Positions 52,892 to 62,686 of a stretch of DNA of 64,000 nucleotides are shown piece after piece. The position numbers and the translations under genes are program-made. This stretch comes from Bacteroidota bacterium (GTDB lineage: Bacteria; Bacteroidota; Bacteroidia; NS11-12g; UBA955). The first letter of the stretch is position 1, and each line of letters begins with the position of its first letter. The notes beneath the pieces are model-generated. The model saw only the letters and a program-made list of their open reading frames with translations, was not told the origin of the DNA and did no database searches. Where the stretch lies: contig JAQCBH010000001.1 of assembly GCA_027621365.1 (NCBI GenBank), forward strand, positions 133,308 through 197,307. The letters run 5' to 3'.

Positions 52892-54580
52892 ATGCAATTA
52901 TTTAGTATGAAAAAATTTATCTTCGTTATTTTTCTTTTGGTATATATGGGCAAAACCATAGGCCAACCTAAGCCATCCTGGCATACAGGGTATTACTCAT
53001 CTGGAACCGCCTTGAAGTTTACAGAATCGCACAGCAATTTGCTGCCCACAATTGATTCTCAAGGCAACGTTTTTATGGCGTTTCATTTCACGGATACATT
53101 GATTCTGGATGGTGAAATTTACCTAGCAAACGGACGGAATTCCTTTGTGATTAGAAAAGTTGACAAATACGGGAAAACCGTTTTCAATCTATTTGGAAGC
53201 ACACGCAGTAGTGGAAGAAAGGTTGTTTTGTCCGATTTGTTTGCACTTCGTGATGGGGGGTTCGTTATTGCGATTTCTACTGATGACACATTGAAATTGG
53301 GAAGCGAAGTTTTGAGTGTTCAGAATAGAAACATTGATGAGAGATACCTACTGAGATTCAACGCCGATGGAACATTGCGATATAAATTTCATTTCTATGG
53401 CGCTATACCCAGTATTCGTCCAGGGTATAAAAATGATTTGGTCGTCTATGCAGACTTTAAATCTCCAGATTTTGTAACAATTAATGGAAAATCTTATGAC
53501 CCAATTTACAACCGTGATCTCATACTTCAAATTGCAGCAGATGGAACGATAAATAAAACTTACAATCGATTCAGTTCTTTGGTAGATTGGACGGAAGATG
53601 TCAGTGGGAATATTTATTTATTTTGTATGTTGTACAGTTCTGATACTGCAAGGGGTCAACCTTTTGTCGACACAACCTTGTTTCCGAGCGCAAAATCTGG
53701 CGACTACAGGGATCATGTAATATTAGGTTTAAAACCAAATGGAAATGTCAAATGGGTGTTTCGATTGGATTCTGCTCATGGAAGTAACTCTGGTTTTTAT
53801 AAGTTCGGGACTGACTTGGCAGGGCGAATTTATTTTTGTGACAATATTGGACGAGTGTTTAAATATCAAGATTCAATTTTGATGTCATCGAGCAACCAAA
53901 AGAATCGGGCATTGTTTGGTGTTCTCGATAGCAATGGGAATCTGCTGCGGTATTTTTTTGATACAACGACAGGCAACAAAGAGGAACAAAGCATTGCTAT
54001 TTTACCAACAGCTTGGGTTGAAGATGAAGTTGAAGTGAAATTATGGGCGGGGCAAGATTTTACATGGCCGAAAAAAGCATTCGTCTCGGGTCAAATATTT
54101 CAAAGTTGTTATTACAATTTCACAAAAGATACCTTTTGGGGGGTTTTAGATGCTGAGGCAGCTTTGGCCGAAAGGCGTAATTATTACAACAGGAATCAGA
54201 AATGGGGAACGTCAATTGGTTTTGGAGGCAAAGGCGGTGGGATTATAGTATCAGGTGATTTATATACCAACCATGGCGGGAATGATTACATGGGATTTTT
54301 TTTCGACCCTACAATTCCGTCTGTCCATACAGAAAACTTCCTCGCACCACAGATTAAAATATATCCGAATCCGTTAGCAGCTGGAATTCTGCGAGTAGAA
54401 TCGCCTTGTTTACTGCAGTCATTGGCATTGCTTTCGGCAAGCGGACAAGTGATTATGAGTTATCCTACTTCAGGATCAGCACTTGAATTAGAATTGCCAA
54501 CAGTGAGACCCGGCCTATACTTTGTTCAAGGATTATGTGATAGTCAGCCATTTACAACGGCTTTTGTCGTCGATAAATAA
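52892..54580 (+). CDS. propeller-like secreted protein with T9SS C-terminal domain, unknown function
   Basis: The ATG abuts the upstream TAA (TAAATG). A signal peptide is present (MKKFIFVIFLLVYMGKTIGQ). Repeated D-x-x-G-N/T blade-like motifs occur (DSQGNVFMAF, NADGTLRYKF, AADGTINKTY, DVSGNIYLFC, KPNGNVKWVF, DSNGNLLRYF). The type A CTD reads IKIYPNPLAAGILRVES...GLYFVQGLCDSQPFTTAFVVDK. Confidence 0.7.
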   Translation: MQLFSMKKFIFVIFLLVYMGKTIGQPKPSWHTGYYSSGTALKFTESHSNLLPTIDSQGNVFMAFHFTDTLILDGEIYLANGRNSFVIRKVDKYGKTVFNLFGSTRSSGRKVVLSDLFALRDGGFVIAISTDDTLKLGSEVLSVQNRNIDERYLLRFNADGTLRYKFHFYGAIPSIRPGYKNDLVVYADFKSPDFVTINGKSYDPIYNRDLILQIAADGTINKTYNRFSSLVDWTEDVSGNIYLFCMLYSSDTARGQPFVDTTLFPSAKSGDYRDHVILGLKPNGNVKWVFRLDSAHGSNSGFYKFGTDLAGRIYFCDNIGRVFKYQDSILMSSSNQKNRALFGVLDSNGNLLRYFFDTTTGNKEEQSIAILPTAWVEDEVEVKLWAGQDFTWPKKAFVSGQIFQSCYYNFTKDTFWGVLDAEAALAERRNYYNRNQKWGTSIGFGGKGGGIIVSGDLYTNHGGNDYMGFFFDPTIPSVHTENFLAPQIKIYPNPLAAGILRVESPCLLQSLALLSASGQVIMSYPTSGSALELELPTVRPGLYFVQGLCDSQPFTTAFVVDK

Positions 54581-54684
54581 TCATACCAGAATTTAGACTG
54601 TAATACTACACTCGGTTTTGCATACCGCGTGGTACGGAAAGAAAAAATAGTTGACGGGCACCAGCCCGGCAGGGCCTCTATCCC

Positions 54685-55824
54685 CTACTCTCCACTTTGC
54701 AATACAGCCATGCGAAAGCCCACCCGGGAATCGCGGCGGTTTGCCGGCAGAGCCGTGCGGCTCAAGGCCCACACACAAGGGGCTGGATCCATATAGCAGC
54801 CGCCTTTTACCAAGCACAACCCGCTTTCGGCATCAAAGCTTCGTGTCCACTCGGCCACATTGCCGTGAAGGTTGTACAAACCGTGCTGATTCGGCCAATA
54901 CGAATACACCGGAGTGGTGATCATCGCCCCGTCGCTGCCGAGGCTGTTGTTCGGCTCCTTCTGATCCAGAAAGGCATTGTAATTGAGCAAAAAAGCCCCC
55001 TTGCTGTTTCGGGTAAACGGCAAATAAGGCACATACCCTTCTAGTTTCTTTTTCCCATCAGGCATGAACATGGAGGCGGCCACAAACTGTTCTTCAGAGG
55101 GCAAACCGATGTACCAGCCATCGGTACCGGTTTTTCGGGCAAACTTTTCCAATTCGCTGCGGCATTGTTCGGTTTTCCAGCGGCAAAAGGCGTTTGCCTG
55201 CTCCTGGCTAATGCCCACTACCGGGTAATTCGCATAGGCCGGGTGGGCGAAGTAATAGTCCTCAAACGGAGCCATAAAACCCAAGGGAAAGTCTTTCTCC
55301 CAGGTTCCGTAACCTGGCAATATGGATTCCCCGTATTACTCAAATAGCATGTAGCCTTTGTTGGCTATCCAAACCGAAGTCCAGGACTCAAACGAATCGG
55401 GATTGGACAAGTCCAGCAATCGGGCCAAATCAGCAATGGAGCCATCGGTCTTATCGGGGCGGTAATCAAATTTGCGCGGTGCGTGGCCCGTAGCGGCATC
55501 AATGCCAGCCTGCACGAACTCCCACCACTCTCGGTTGCTCACCTCGGTTTCGCCCATCGCAAAAGGCTTGGGGGCTATCCATTTGGCCATGTCGATTCGG
55601 CTCCAAGACGAGTCCCAAGTAAAGGGCATTGCCTCGGCCTCCCACTGCCCCTTGGGCACTTGAACGGTCCTACCTGAATCCCATCGGTAATCAACAGAGC
55701 GCTCGGGCACGGCAAAATGTCCCTGGCCATCAACGGTTTGAAAGCCCTTCAATTTGGGCACTTGAGCCACAGCTGCAGTGGCACAAAAGCTGAGCGCGGC
55801 GGTTAGTAGACGCATGGAAATCAC
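54685..55824 (-). pseudogene. formylglycine-generating-enzyme (SUMF1/EgtB/PvdO) family gene split by an in-frame TAA at 55336-55338
   Basis: The two tracked ORFs (55336-55824 and 54685-55320) are in the same frame. The junction reads ..ANKGYMLFE*YGESILPGYGTWEKD... The upstream part carries the signal peptide and the domain start (FAMGETEVSNREWWEFV). The downstream part carries the rest (HPAYANYPVVGISQEQANAFCRW...LHGNVAEWT...VKGGCY). Confidence 0.7.
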
Positions 55825-55857
55825 GAGTCTATAACGCTATGGATGCAAAAAAAATTG

Positions 55858-57186
55858 CTAGGGATGCACGACCATCAATCGTTTGATGGCCAGAGGCTGA
55901 CCCTGCAAGCCCACAGCTTGCAGCAGGTAAACCCCATTGGGAAGTTGAGCGCTAGAGATCTCATCCTTATATCCGCCGGCGATGAAGCGACCCTGAACGT
56001 CCAAAAGGGACCAAGCAGAGATGCCCACCGGGCTATTCAAACGAACCGTTTGATCGGCCGGATTGGGCGCCAAGGTCCATTCAATAGCGGGCAAGGAAAG
56101 CAAACCGTTGCTGCTGGTGTCCTTGACCTCGGGAATGTAGGGCTCGTGAATGCGCACCAACGACTCGTAACAATCGGGGTAAGGCTTGAGCGAATCACCC
56201 GACTGGCCGGGTATCATCACCGCGTCCATGCCTACCCACTTTAAGGAAGCCATAGGGGCTCCAAAACCCGTGTACAGGGCACGGCCCAGAGGCAAACCCT
56301 TGCGGCCTAAGAGCACATGCTGCATGCTCTCGGCATTGTCTACATCAAAGCCCAATTTGGCCAAAGCAGAGGCGTGCTGAAAGCTCCAAGTTGCCCCGGC
56401 ATAACTCACCATAGCCACGTAATCACCGGGGCTAATGGCATCAATTAGACTGTCAAAGTATGAAGTCTCACTGAAATTGAAACTGTAGAACAATTGGGAG
56501 TCTTTGGCGTACCCGAAGGTGCTCCACAAGCGCCCGGCATCGCAGCGCGGGAACATCGTACCCGCCAAGGCAGGTTGCAAGGTTTGTTCGTTGAACACCA
56601 TCAAATAACCGTTGCCCCAGGTGCTGGCTTCTAAGCAACCTCCCTCGTGCAAGGAAGGCAAATAATGGCTGCCGTATTTGATGCCGGCCTTGTCAAAATA
56701 CGAGCTCAAAAACAGCTGCTTGAAGCTGCAGGAACTGCCCGCGGGTATGATTTGATGCACCTGCCCCCTGGTAATGGAATCCCTGAAATACAAAGTCACG
56801 TTGGCGGGCATGACCGTATCCCGGTCGTTCACATCGTAATTGACGCTGATCAACACGGGCAAACTGTCACCGGGGTAAATCGTATCGCTGATCGAAAGCC
56901 CGTGCGAGCTCTTGTACTTCCAAGACCAGTTGCGGCCAGAGGTGCTTTGCTTTAACGTCTGTAAAAAATAACCGGGCTCGTATTTGTAGGGCCAAATGAC
57001 CAGGCTCTGCTTTTGGTGAAACCAATTCAAGGTCAAGCTGCTGGGCTTGATCCATTTGCCCGTATGGTTGTGAATGTACCAAACCGTCGAATCGCTGTAT
57101 TGCACCGATTGAAGCGAATAGTCTTGGGCTTGGGCAGCGGCTACCCAGGAAAAGGCAGCCAGAAGGGTGACACGAAACAGGTTCAT
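55858..57186 (-). CDS. secreted protein of unknown function with T9SS C-terminal domain
   Basis: The start was chosen at MNLFRVTLLAAFSWVAAAQAQ (57186). The CTD reads LAPNPADQTVRLNSP...LPNGVYLLQAVGLQGQPLAIKRLMVVHP. Confidence 0.65.
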   Translation of the reverse strand: MNLFRVTLLAAFSWVAAAQAQDYSLQSVQYSDSTVWYIHNHTGKWIKPSSLTLNWFHQKQSLVIWPYKYEPGYFLQTLKQSTSGRNWSWKYKSSHGLSISDTIYPGDSLPVLISVNYDVNDRDTVMPANVTLYFRDSITRGQVHQIIPAGSSCSFKQLFLSSYFDKAGIKYGSHYLPSLHEGGCLEASTWGNGYLMVFNEQTLQPALAGTMFPRCDAGRLWSTFGYAKDSQLFYSFNFSETSYFDSLIDAISPGDYVAMVSYAGATWSFQHASALAKLGFDVDNAESMQHVLLGRKGLPLGRALYTGFGAPMASLKWVGMDAVMIPGQSGDSLKPYPDCYESLVRIHEPYIPEVKDTSSNGLLSLPAIEWTLAPNPADQTVRLNSPVGISAWSLLDVQGRFIAGGYKDEISSAQLPNGVYLLQAVGLQGQPLAIKRLMVVHP

Positions 57187-57234
57187 TTTCGCTCTGCAAG
57201 TTACAACAGCCTTGAGATTTGTTATCTTGCCGCT

Positions 57235-58962
57235 ATGCCCCGATTTTGGCTTTGGCTCGGCTTGGCCGCAGCACACACTTTAAGCGCCCAATCCAGCACC
57301 TTGCGCGAGCTCGACGCTTCGGTACAAGAAATGCGAAAGGCCGAAGGCCAGAACCTGGAGCTGGCCAAGGCCGTTTCTCTTGACGAAGGCCTAGCCCAGC
57401 CGCAATCCCAAAAGCCCCGCCCCATTAAGGGTTTGATCCCCCAAGCCATGGCTTCCACTCCGTGCCAATGGGTTCAATACCAAGGTCAGCGGTTTTTGGT
57501 GGAAGGCGCCCCGGCAGAGGCCTTTTACCTCAAGGAATATGCCGAGAAGAAAACCTACTTGGGTTTTGACTTCTCGTCCTGCCCCTTGCAACTCGACCTC
57601 CAAGCCAAAAAAGGACCGGCCGCTTTGATTTTCGAGCCCTTGAAGGAGGGTTCCCTTTGGTGGGGAGAACCCGAGGCCTACCTGATTCACTTTCTCCCCA
57701 AGGGCATTCGCATTCAGTACAGCAGCCCCAGCTCGGCCCTGTATGCCTTTGGCACCTTGTTGCAAACCTTGCAGGCTTCTCCCGAAGGCTTGACGCTTTC
57801 CACCGTCGTCGACAAACCCCAATTTGATTACCGCGGCATGCACCTGGATGTCTGCCGGCACTACTTCGACCTAGACTTTCTCAAGCGCTACATCGACCTG
57901 ATGGCCCTGTACAAAATGAACACCTTTCATTGGCACTTGACCGAAGACCAGGCCTGGCGATTGGAGATCAAGGCTTACCCCCGTTTGACTGAAGTTGGCG
58001 CCTTTCGCGACAGCACCCAGTACGGCCCCTACCGGGATCAGACCTTTGAACAGGCTCGTTACGGCGGATACTACACGCAGGATCAGGCCCGCGAATTGGT
58101 CGCCTACGCCGCCCAACGCGGGATCACCGTCATTCCTGAAATTGAGCTACCCGGACATTCGTCGGCTGCCTTAGCCGCCTATCCCGAATTGGGCTGCACA
58201 CAAGGGCCTTACCAGGTGCAATCGGGTTGGGGCGTTTTTGACGATGTGTTCTGTGCCGGCCGAGAAAGCACCTTTGAATTCTTGGAAACGGTCTTGGACG
58301 AGGTCATGGACATTTTTCCCTCGGCATTGATTCACATCGGGGGCGACGAATGCCCCAAAACCCGTTGGGCCTCTTGCGAGCATTGCCAGCAGCGCATGCT
58401 CAATGAAGGACTAGCCGACGAACACGAATTGCAGAGCTATTTCATCAAGCGCATTGAGCGCTATGTGAACAACAAGCACGGCCGAGCCATCATTGGTTGG
58501 GACGAAATTTTGGAAGGCGGTCTGGCCCCCAATGCCCGAGTGATGAGTTGGCGCGGCGAGGCCGGAGGCCTCGCCTCCGCCCAGCAAGGTCACTATGTGG
58601 TCATGACCCCAGGCAAGCCCTGTTACTTCGACCACTACCAAAGCCGCTCTGAAAACGAGCCTTTGGCCATTGGCGGCTTCAATCCTGTCGACTCCGTTTA
58701 CCTCTACAGCCCCATACCAACCGGTTTGTCAGAAGAGCACAGCCCCTTTATTTTGGGGGCTCAAGGCAATGTTTGGACCGAATACATGACCAGCTCCAGC
58801 CAAGTCGAATATATGGTACTTCCCCGGCTCCCAGCCCTGGCAGAAGCCTTGTGGACGAACCCCGAAATGAAAGATTTGGAGGCCTTTCACCGGGCCGCCA
58901 ACACCCATACCTCCCTCTGGAAATCCCGACAGTTTCACTACGCCAATCACCTATTTGAATGA
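57235..58962 (+). CDS. beta-N-acetylhexosaminidase (GH20)
   Basis: The start is at MPRFWLWLGLAAAHTLSAQ, a signal peptide. GH20 catalytic-domain motifs are present (RGMHLDVCRHY, NTFHWHLTEDQAWR, IPEIELPGHS, IHIGGDECP). Confidence 0.88.
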   Translation: MPRFWLWLGLAAAHTLSAQSSTLRELDASVQEMRKAEGQNLELAKAVSLDEGLAQPQSQKPRPIKGLIPQAMASTPCQWVQYQGQRFLVEGAPAEAFYLKEYAEKKTYLGFDFSSCPLQLDLQAKKGPAALIFEPLKEGSLWWGEPEAYLIHFLPKGIRIQYSSPSSALYAFGTLLQTLQASPEGLTLSTVVDKPQFDYRGMHLDVCRHYFDLDFLKRYIDLMALYKMNTFHWHLTEDQAWRLEIKAYPRLTEVGAFRDSTQYGPYRDQTFEQARYGGYYTQDQARELVAYAAQRGITVIPEIELPGHSSAALAAYPELGCTQGPYQVQSGWGVFDDVFCAGRESTFEFLETVLDEVMDIFPSALIHIGGDECPKTRWASCEHCQQRMLNEGLADEHELQSYFIKRIERYVNNKHGRAIIGWDEILEGGLAPNARVMSWRGEAGGLASAQQGHYVVMTPGKPCYFDHYQSRSENEPLAIGGFNPVDSVYLYSPIPTGLSEEHSPFILGAQGNVWTEYMTSSSQVEYMVLPRLPALAEALWTNPEMKDLEAFHRAANTHTSLWKSRQFHYANHLFE

Positions 58963-59930
58963 TACGCCGATCCTTTTTAAAAACCTTAGGCGCTTTGGGC
59001 CTCGCCCCTGTAGCCTCCCATGCCAAAGCTCATAAAGCGCCGTACTCCGGCCAAGGCCTGTTTTTGACTACCTGGCGATTCGGTTTGGAATCCAACCAAG
59101 TGGCTTGGACCCGACTACAAGAAGGCGGCAGTACCTTAGACGCCATTGAGGCCGGCATTCGCCGCTGCGAACTGGACCCCGCTGAGCGCAGCGTGGGCCT
59201 TGGCGGTCGCCCTGATCGCGATGGAGTGGTGACCCTTGACGCTTGCATCATGGACCACTTGGGCAACATCGGTTCGGTCTGCGCCATGGAAGGCATCGCC
59301 ACACCCCTTTCGGTGGCCCGTGCCGTTATGGAAAAGACCCCGCACGTGATGCTGGTCGGCGACGGCGCCCAGCAATTCGCCTTGGAGCAGGGCTTCCCCT
59401 TGGAGAACCTCATGGTCGCTGACAGCGAGCGCGAGTGGAAACAGTGGCTGGAAAAGAGCGAGTACCAGCCTGTCATCAACATCGAGAACCACGATACCAT
59501 CGGCATGATCGGCATGGATGCTTCGGGCATTCTCGCCGGCGGATGCTCGACCTCTGGCATGGCCTATAAAATGCACGGCCGCGTGGGCGACAGCCCCATC
59601 ATTGGTGCCGGACTTTACGTGGATGGTGCCGTTGGGGCTTGCACGGCAACTGGGCACGGGGAAGAGGTCATTCGAACCGTAGGGTCTTTCCGTGTGGTCC
59701 AAGGCATGGCCCAAGGCTTGTCTCCCCACCAGGCTTGCAAAGCTGCCATCCAGGCCATCGCCGAGTTTTTCACCCGCCGAGGCAAAGATTGGAGCCATAC
59801 CCAAATCGGGTTCATAGCCCTCAACAAGTCTGGAGAGATTGGGGCCTATTCGCTTCGACCCGGCTTCAATTACGCCGTCCAATCAGCCGATCGCGCTGAG
59901 CTCTTGGATGCGGAATATTTGTTGAATTAA
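58959..59930 (+). CDS. N4-(beta-N-acetylglucosaminyl)-L-asparaginase / isoaspartyl peptidase family Ntn-hydrolase
   Basis: A Tat-like signal is present (MIRRSFLKTLGALGLAPVASHA). The autoprocessing site is NHDTIGMIGMD, and GAGLYVD follows. The start overlaps the GH20 stop (ATGA). Confidence 0.85.
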   Translation: MIRRSFLKTLGALGLAPVASHAKAHKAPYSGQGLFLTTWRFGLESNQVAWTRLQEGGSTLDAIEAGIRRCELDPAERSVGLGGRPDRDGVVTLDACIMDHLGNIGSVCAMEGIATPLSVARAVMEKTPHVMLVGDGAQQFALEQGFPLENLMVADSEREWKQWLEKSEYQPVINIENHDTIGMIGMDASGILAGGCSTSGMAYKMHGRVGDSPIIGAGLYVDGAVGACTATGHGEEVIRTVGSFRVVQGMAQGLSPHQACKAAIQAIAEFFTRRGKDWSHTQIGFIALNKSGEIGAYSLRPGFNYAVQSADRAELLDAEYLLN

Positions 59931-60001
59931 GGGCCCGATTTAGATCAGGGGTCCATTCTGAAAAGAAAGATTTGACTAGGGTCGTTGGCTAAGCCGCCCA
60001 C

Positions 60002-62686
60002 TCACAGCAAAGATCCAAACACCACTCGCCCGTTCATGGGTAGCGGCTGACCCGGCAGCAACCAACCAAATTGCGGCGCCTCGCCCTTTGGAAAATATCC
60101 GTAGGCCACGGGCACAGAACTTTTGTAGCCTTTTCGGCTGCGCTTCACCTGCCCCTTTTCAAAGCTCTTGTCGGCATTCTTCCATACATAGGTATCCAAA
60201 ATTTCATCGGTCTGCTCATCGATCAACTGGGCCGACAATGCCAACAGGTCGTCGGGCAAATCCATGACATTGCGCAAACGGTAAGCCATGACTATCTCTG
60301 GTGCCCCGCCTAATGCACCCAAGGGCAACACCCAAGACGACAACTCCTTCCCTTCAGGCCCGTATGCCTTCACCTCGCAACGGTACTGCAAGTGGCCATT
60401 CTCTGGTCGCTGGGGAGTCAAGGCCAGGCGCAATTCGGGGTCTTGAGCGGTATTTTCAATGCTGAGTAGCAAGGGCTGAAAAGCCCGAGACACCGCAGCA
60501 GCGGCTAGTTTAGGTGTATTTCCCAAGTCGTACAAGCTCCAAGAAATAGCCTGGTCAAGATCATTCAACTGCCAAGCCAAAACCCCGTGGCAAACCGGCA
60601 AAAAGGCCCCGCTTGAATGGATGTCTCGGCCCATAAAGAAATGCTCTTCTCTGGGCAGGTGGTCCCCGTTGAACATCTGGGTTCTGTGGTGGCGTATGGC
60701 CCGATCCATGTACAGGGCTTGCAATAGCTGGGTTTGGTCGGCAAACTGCTGCATCTCCCAATCCAGCTGAGCCGAATCAAAGGCCAGAAATTCCCATCGG
60801 TTACTCACCTGACCCAGCTCCCAATGGGCATAGCGCTCGAGCAAATCCAAGCCTTTGTAGCTGTAAACAAAAGCGTGCGGGTTGGCCTTCATAGCTGGAC
60901 TTAGTGAATTGGGCAAGCTGGGAAAACCAAATTCGCTCACAAAGGGCATGTTGGAAGAATCCAAAGCCGAAAAGAGTCGCTCCCCGTGCCAGACACCCCA
61001 ATCATGATTATCTCCTCTTTTCATTTGACGGCTGTTGCCCCAATTGCCGATGGGGCTGCTGCGCAAATAGGTAGCCGCGCTGATCTCAGCGGGCAAGAGC
61101 GTATCGAAGAGGTGCAGGTATTCGCGCCATAGGTAAAGAGAGTCTTCAGGGGTCCAGCCGTATTGGGAATGCCATCCCCAGTTGAAAAAAGCCACCTCTA
61201 CTTCGTTGTTCCCGCAGACCAAGGCCGTAGAGGGGTGACCGGCAAGGCGACGATTCAATTGTTGGGCTTCGCGCCGGCAGGCGCGCTCAAAATTGGGCGA
61301 TAAGGGATACAGCGTATTGGCAAAGGCCAAATCATGCCAGAGCAGAATGCCCAACGAATCACAGGCCTGAATGAAAGCTTCAGAGGCATACTCTCCTCCC
61401 CCCCACAATCGAAGGGTATTGTAGCCTTGGTCCGACAATTCAGAGAGCTTGGCCTTCCACCATTCATCGCCGGCTTGGCGGTTCCACCCCACAAGGAACA
61501 GGTCCCCGTAATGGGTAAGGTAGCCACTTCGGCTAGTCCCCAAAACCACATTGGCCCCTTTGGCCACAAAGGGCTGACCATTCAAGGACCAGGCAAATCG
61601 GCCATTGTTGGTATCCAAGGCAAAATGACGAACGGAAAAATGGCCTTCGTGCTTTAGCCCCTGGCTTTCCATGGCAAAGGCATGCCGATAGGGATGACCT
61701 CGATCAGGGCTATTCCAAACCTCAGGCCTAGGGATCTTGAAGGAGATTTCGCTGTGCAGCAACCTCCAACCCAACAGACTGGAATCGACCATGATGTCGC
61801 TGCCTCTTTCCAATTCTTCAAGGACCGTACGTACGCTTGTCCATTCAAAGCCTGAATACTGGGATTGGTAATCGGGAATAGAGGCCTCGGGAGGCAGCAA
61901 ATCGAAGGCGTGCAAGCGGCCGTAATAGTCCTCACCCGCTTCCTCCTGCCAAGGCTGGAGATGGTCCAGCCAAGCGTTTTCAAAGGGGACTTCGTCGGTG
62001 AAAGAGTAAAGCGATAATCCGCCGGGAGAAAACCCGATCAGTTCAGGAACTTTCATCAGCCCTACCCAAGGCAGTGGGCGGCAGAAATCCCAACCCTGGG
62101 AGTATGCCGGCTGACGCAATTGCAAACTTTGCACCTTCTCGCTGGGGTAGTGCAAGTGAACCCGGTAATGGGCCCGTTGGGCCTCCCAATACGAGGAATG
62201 CAAGCGAATGACCAAGGTATCCAGACCGTCGCCGCGCAAGTAGGGATCGAGCAGGTACTGGCGACGATCAAAGGCCGAAGCCAAGGGCAAGGAATCGCCC
62301 GCATTGATCTTCTTTTGGCCCAGATACACTTCCATGTCCCCGCTGTACCAATTTTCGAGGGTCAGCAACCAATGAGCACGACTAGCATATTCGGCTTTCG
62401 ATTCGAACAAGGGCATTCGGTATTCCCATGAACAGTATTGAACGAGAGAACAACTTATATCACAAGAAGGCTGATGGTCACAAAAGGCGTTGTTGATGGG
62501 CCGGGTCAGTGGCCACTCTTCGTTGTGATATCCCGAAAATGCATCGCAAGGATCTACATCGTCGATGACATCGCGCTGATGCATGCATCGCAGTTCAGCC
62601 ATAGGCCCCAGCTCACGCTGAATCGGTGCTTGGGCCTGGACTAGCATGCACAACATCAGCAACAACAGGCTCAGCAGGGATTTCAA
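60002..62686 (-). CDS. beta-mannosidase (GH2)
   Basis: The proposed TTG start at 62686 gives a canonical signal peptide ((M)KSLLSLLLLMLCMLVQAQA). GH2 mannosidase text is present (NTLRLWGGGEYASEAFIQACDSLGILLWHDLAFAN; SEFGFPSLP). It is in frame with cutC with no intervening stop, so the exact start is uncertain. Confidence 0.75.
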   Translation of the reverse strand: MKSLLSLLLLMLCMLVQAQAPIQRELGPMAELRCMHQRDVIDDVDPCDAFSGYHNEEWPLTRPINNAFCDHQPSCDISCSLVQYCSWEYRMPLFESKAEYASRAHWLLTLENWYSGDMEVYLGQKKINAGDSLPLASAFDRRQYLLDPYLRGDGLDTLVIRLHSSYWEAQRAHYRVHLHYPSEKVQSLQLRQPAYSQGWDFCRPLPWVGLMKVPELIGFSPGGLSLYSFTDEVPFENAWLDHLQPWQEEAGEDYYGRLHAFDLLPPEASIPDYQSQYSGFEWTSVRTVLEELERGSDIMVDSSLLGWRLLHSEISFKIPRPEVWNSPDRGHPYRHAFAMESQGLKHEGHFSVRHFALDTNNGRFAWSLNGQPFVAKGANVVLGTSRSGYLTHYGDLFLVGWNRQAGDEWWKAKLSELSDQGYNTLRLWGGGEYASEAFIQACDSLGILLWHDLAFANTLYPLSPNFERACRREAQQLNRRLAGHPSTALVCGNNEVEVAFFNWGWHSQYGWTPEDSLYLWREYLHLFDTLLPAEISAATYLRSSPIGNWGNSRQMKRGDNHDWGVWHGERLFSALDSSNMPFVSEFGFPSLPNSLSPAMKANPHAFVYSYKGLDLLERYAHWELGQVSNRWEFLAFDSAQLDWEMQQFADQTQLLQALYMDRAIRHHRTQMFNGDHLPREEHFFMGRDIHSSGAFLPVCHGVLAWQLNDLDQAISWSLYDLGNTPKLAAAAVSRAFQPLLLSIENTAQDPELRLALTPQRPENGHLQYRCEVKAYGPEGKELSSWVLPLGALGGAPEIVMAYRLRNVMDLPDDLLALSAQLIDEQTDEILDTYVWKNADKSFEKGQVKRSRKGYKSSVPVAYGYFPKGEAPQFGWLLPGQPLPMNGRVVFGSLL

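Noticed and set aside
51930-54594. Integrative element with an integrase, or an IS element, at the tRNA-Ser locus.
   Set aside because: No integrase, transposase or terminal inverted repeats are present, and no copy of the tRNA 3' end appears at the far boundary. Only compositional evidence and an 8-bp direct repeat remain, so it is reported as an islet, not a mobile element.
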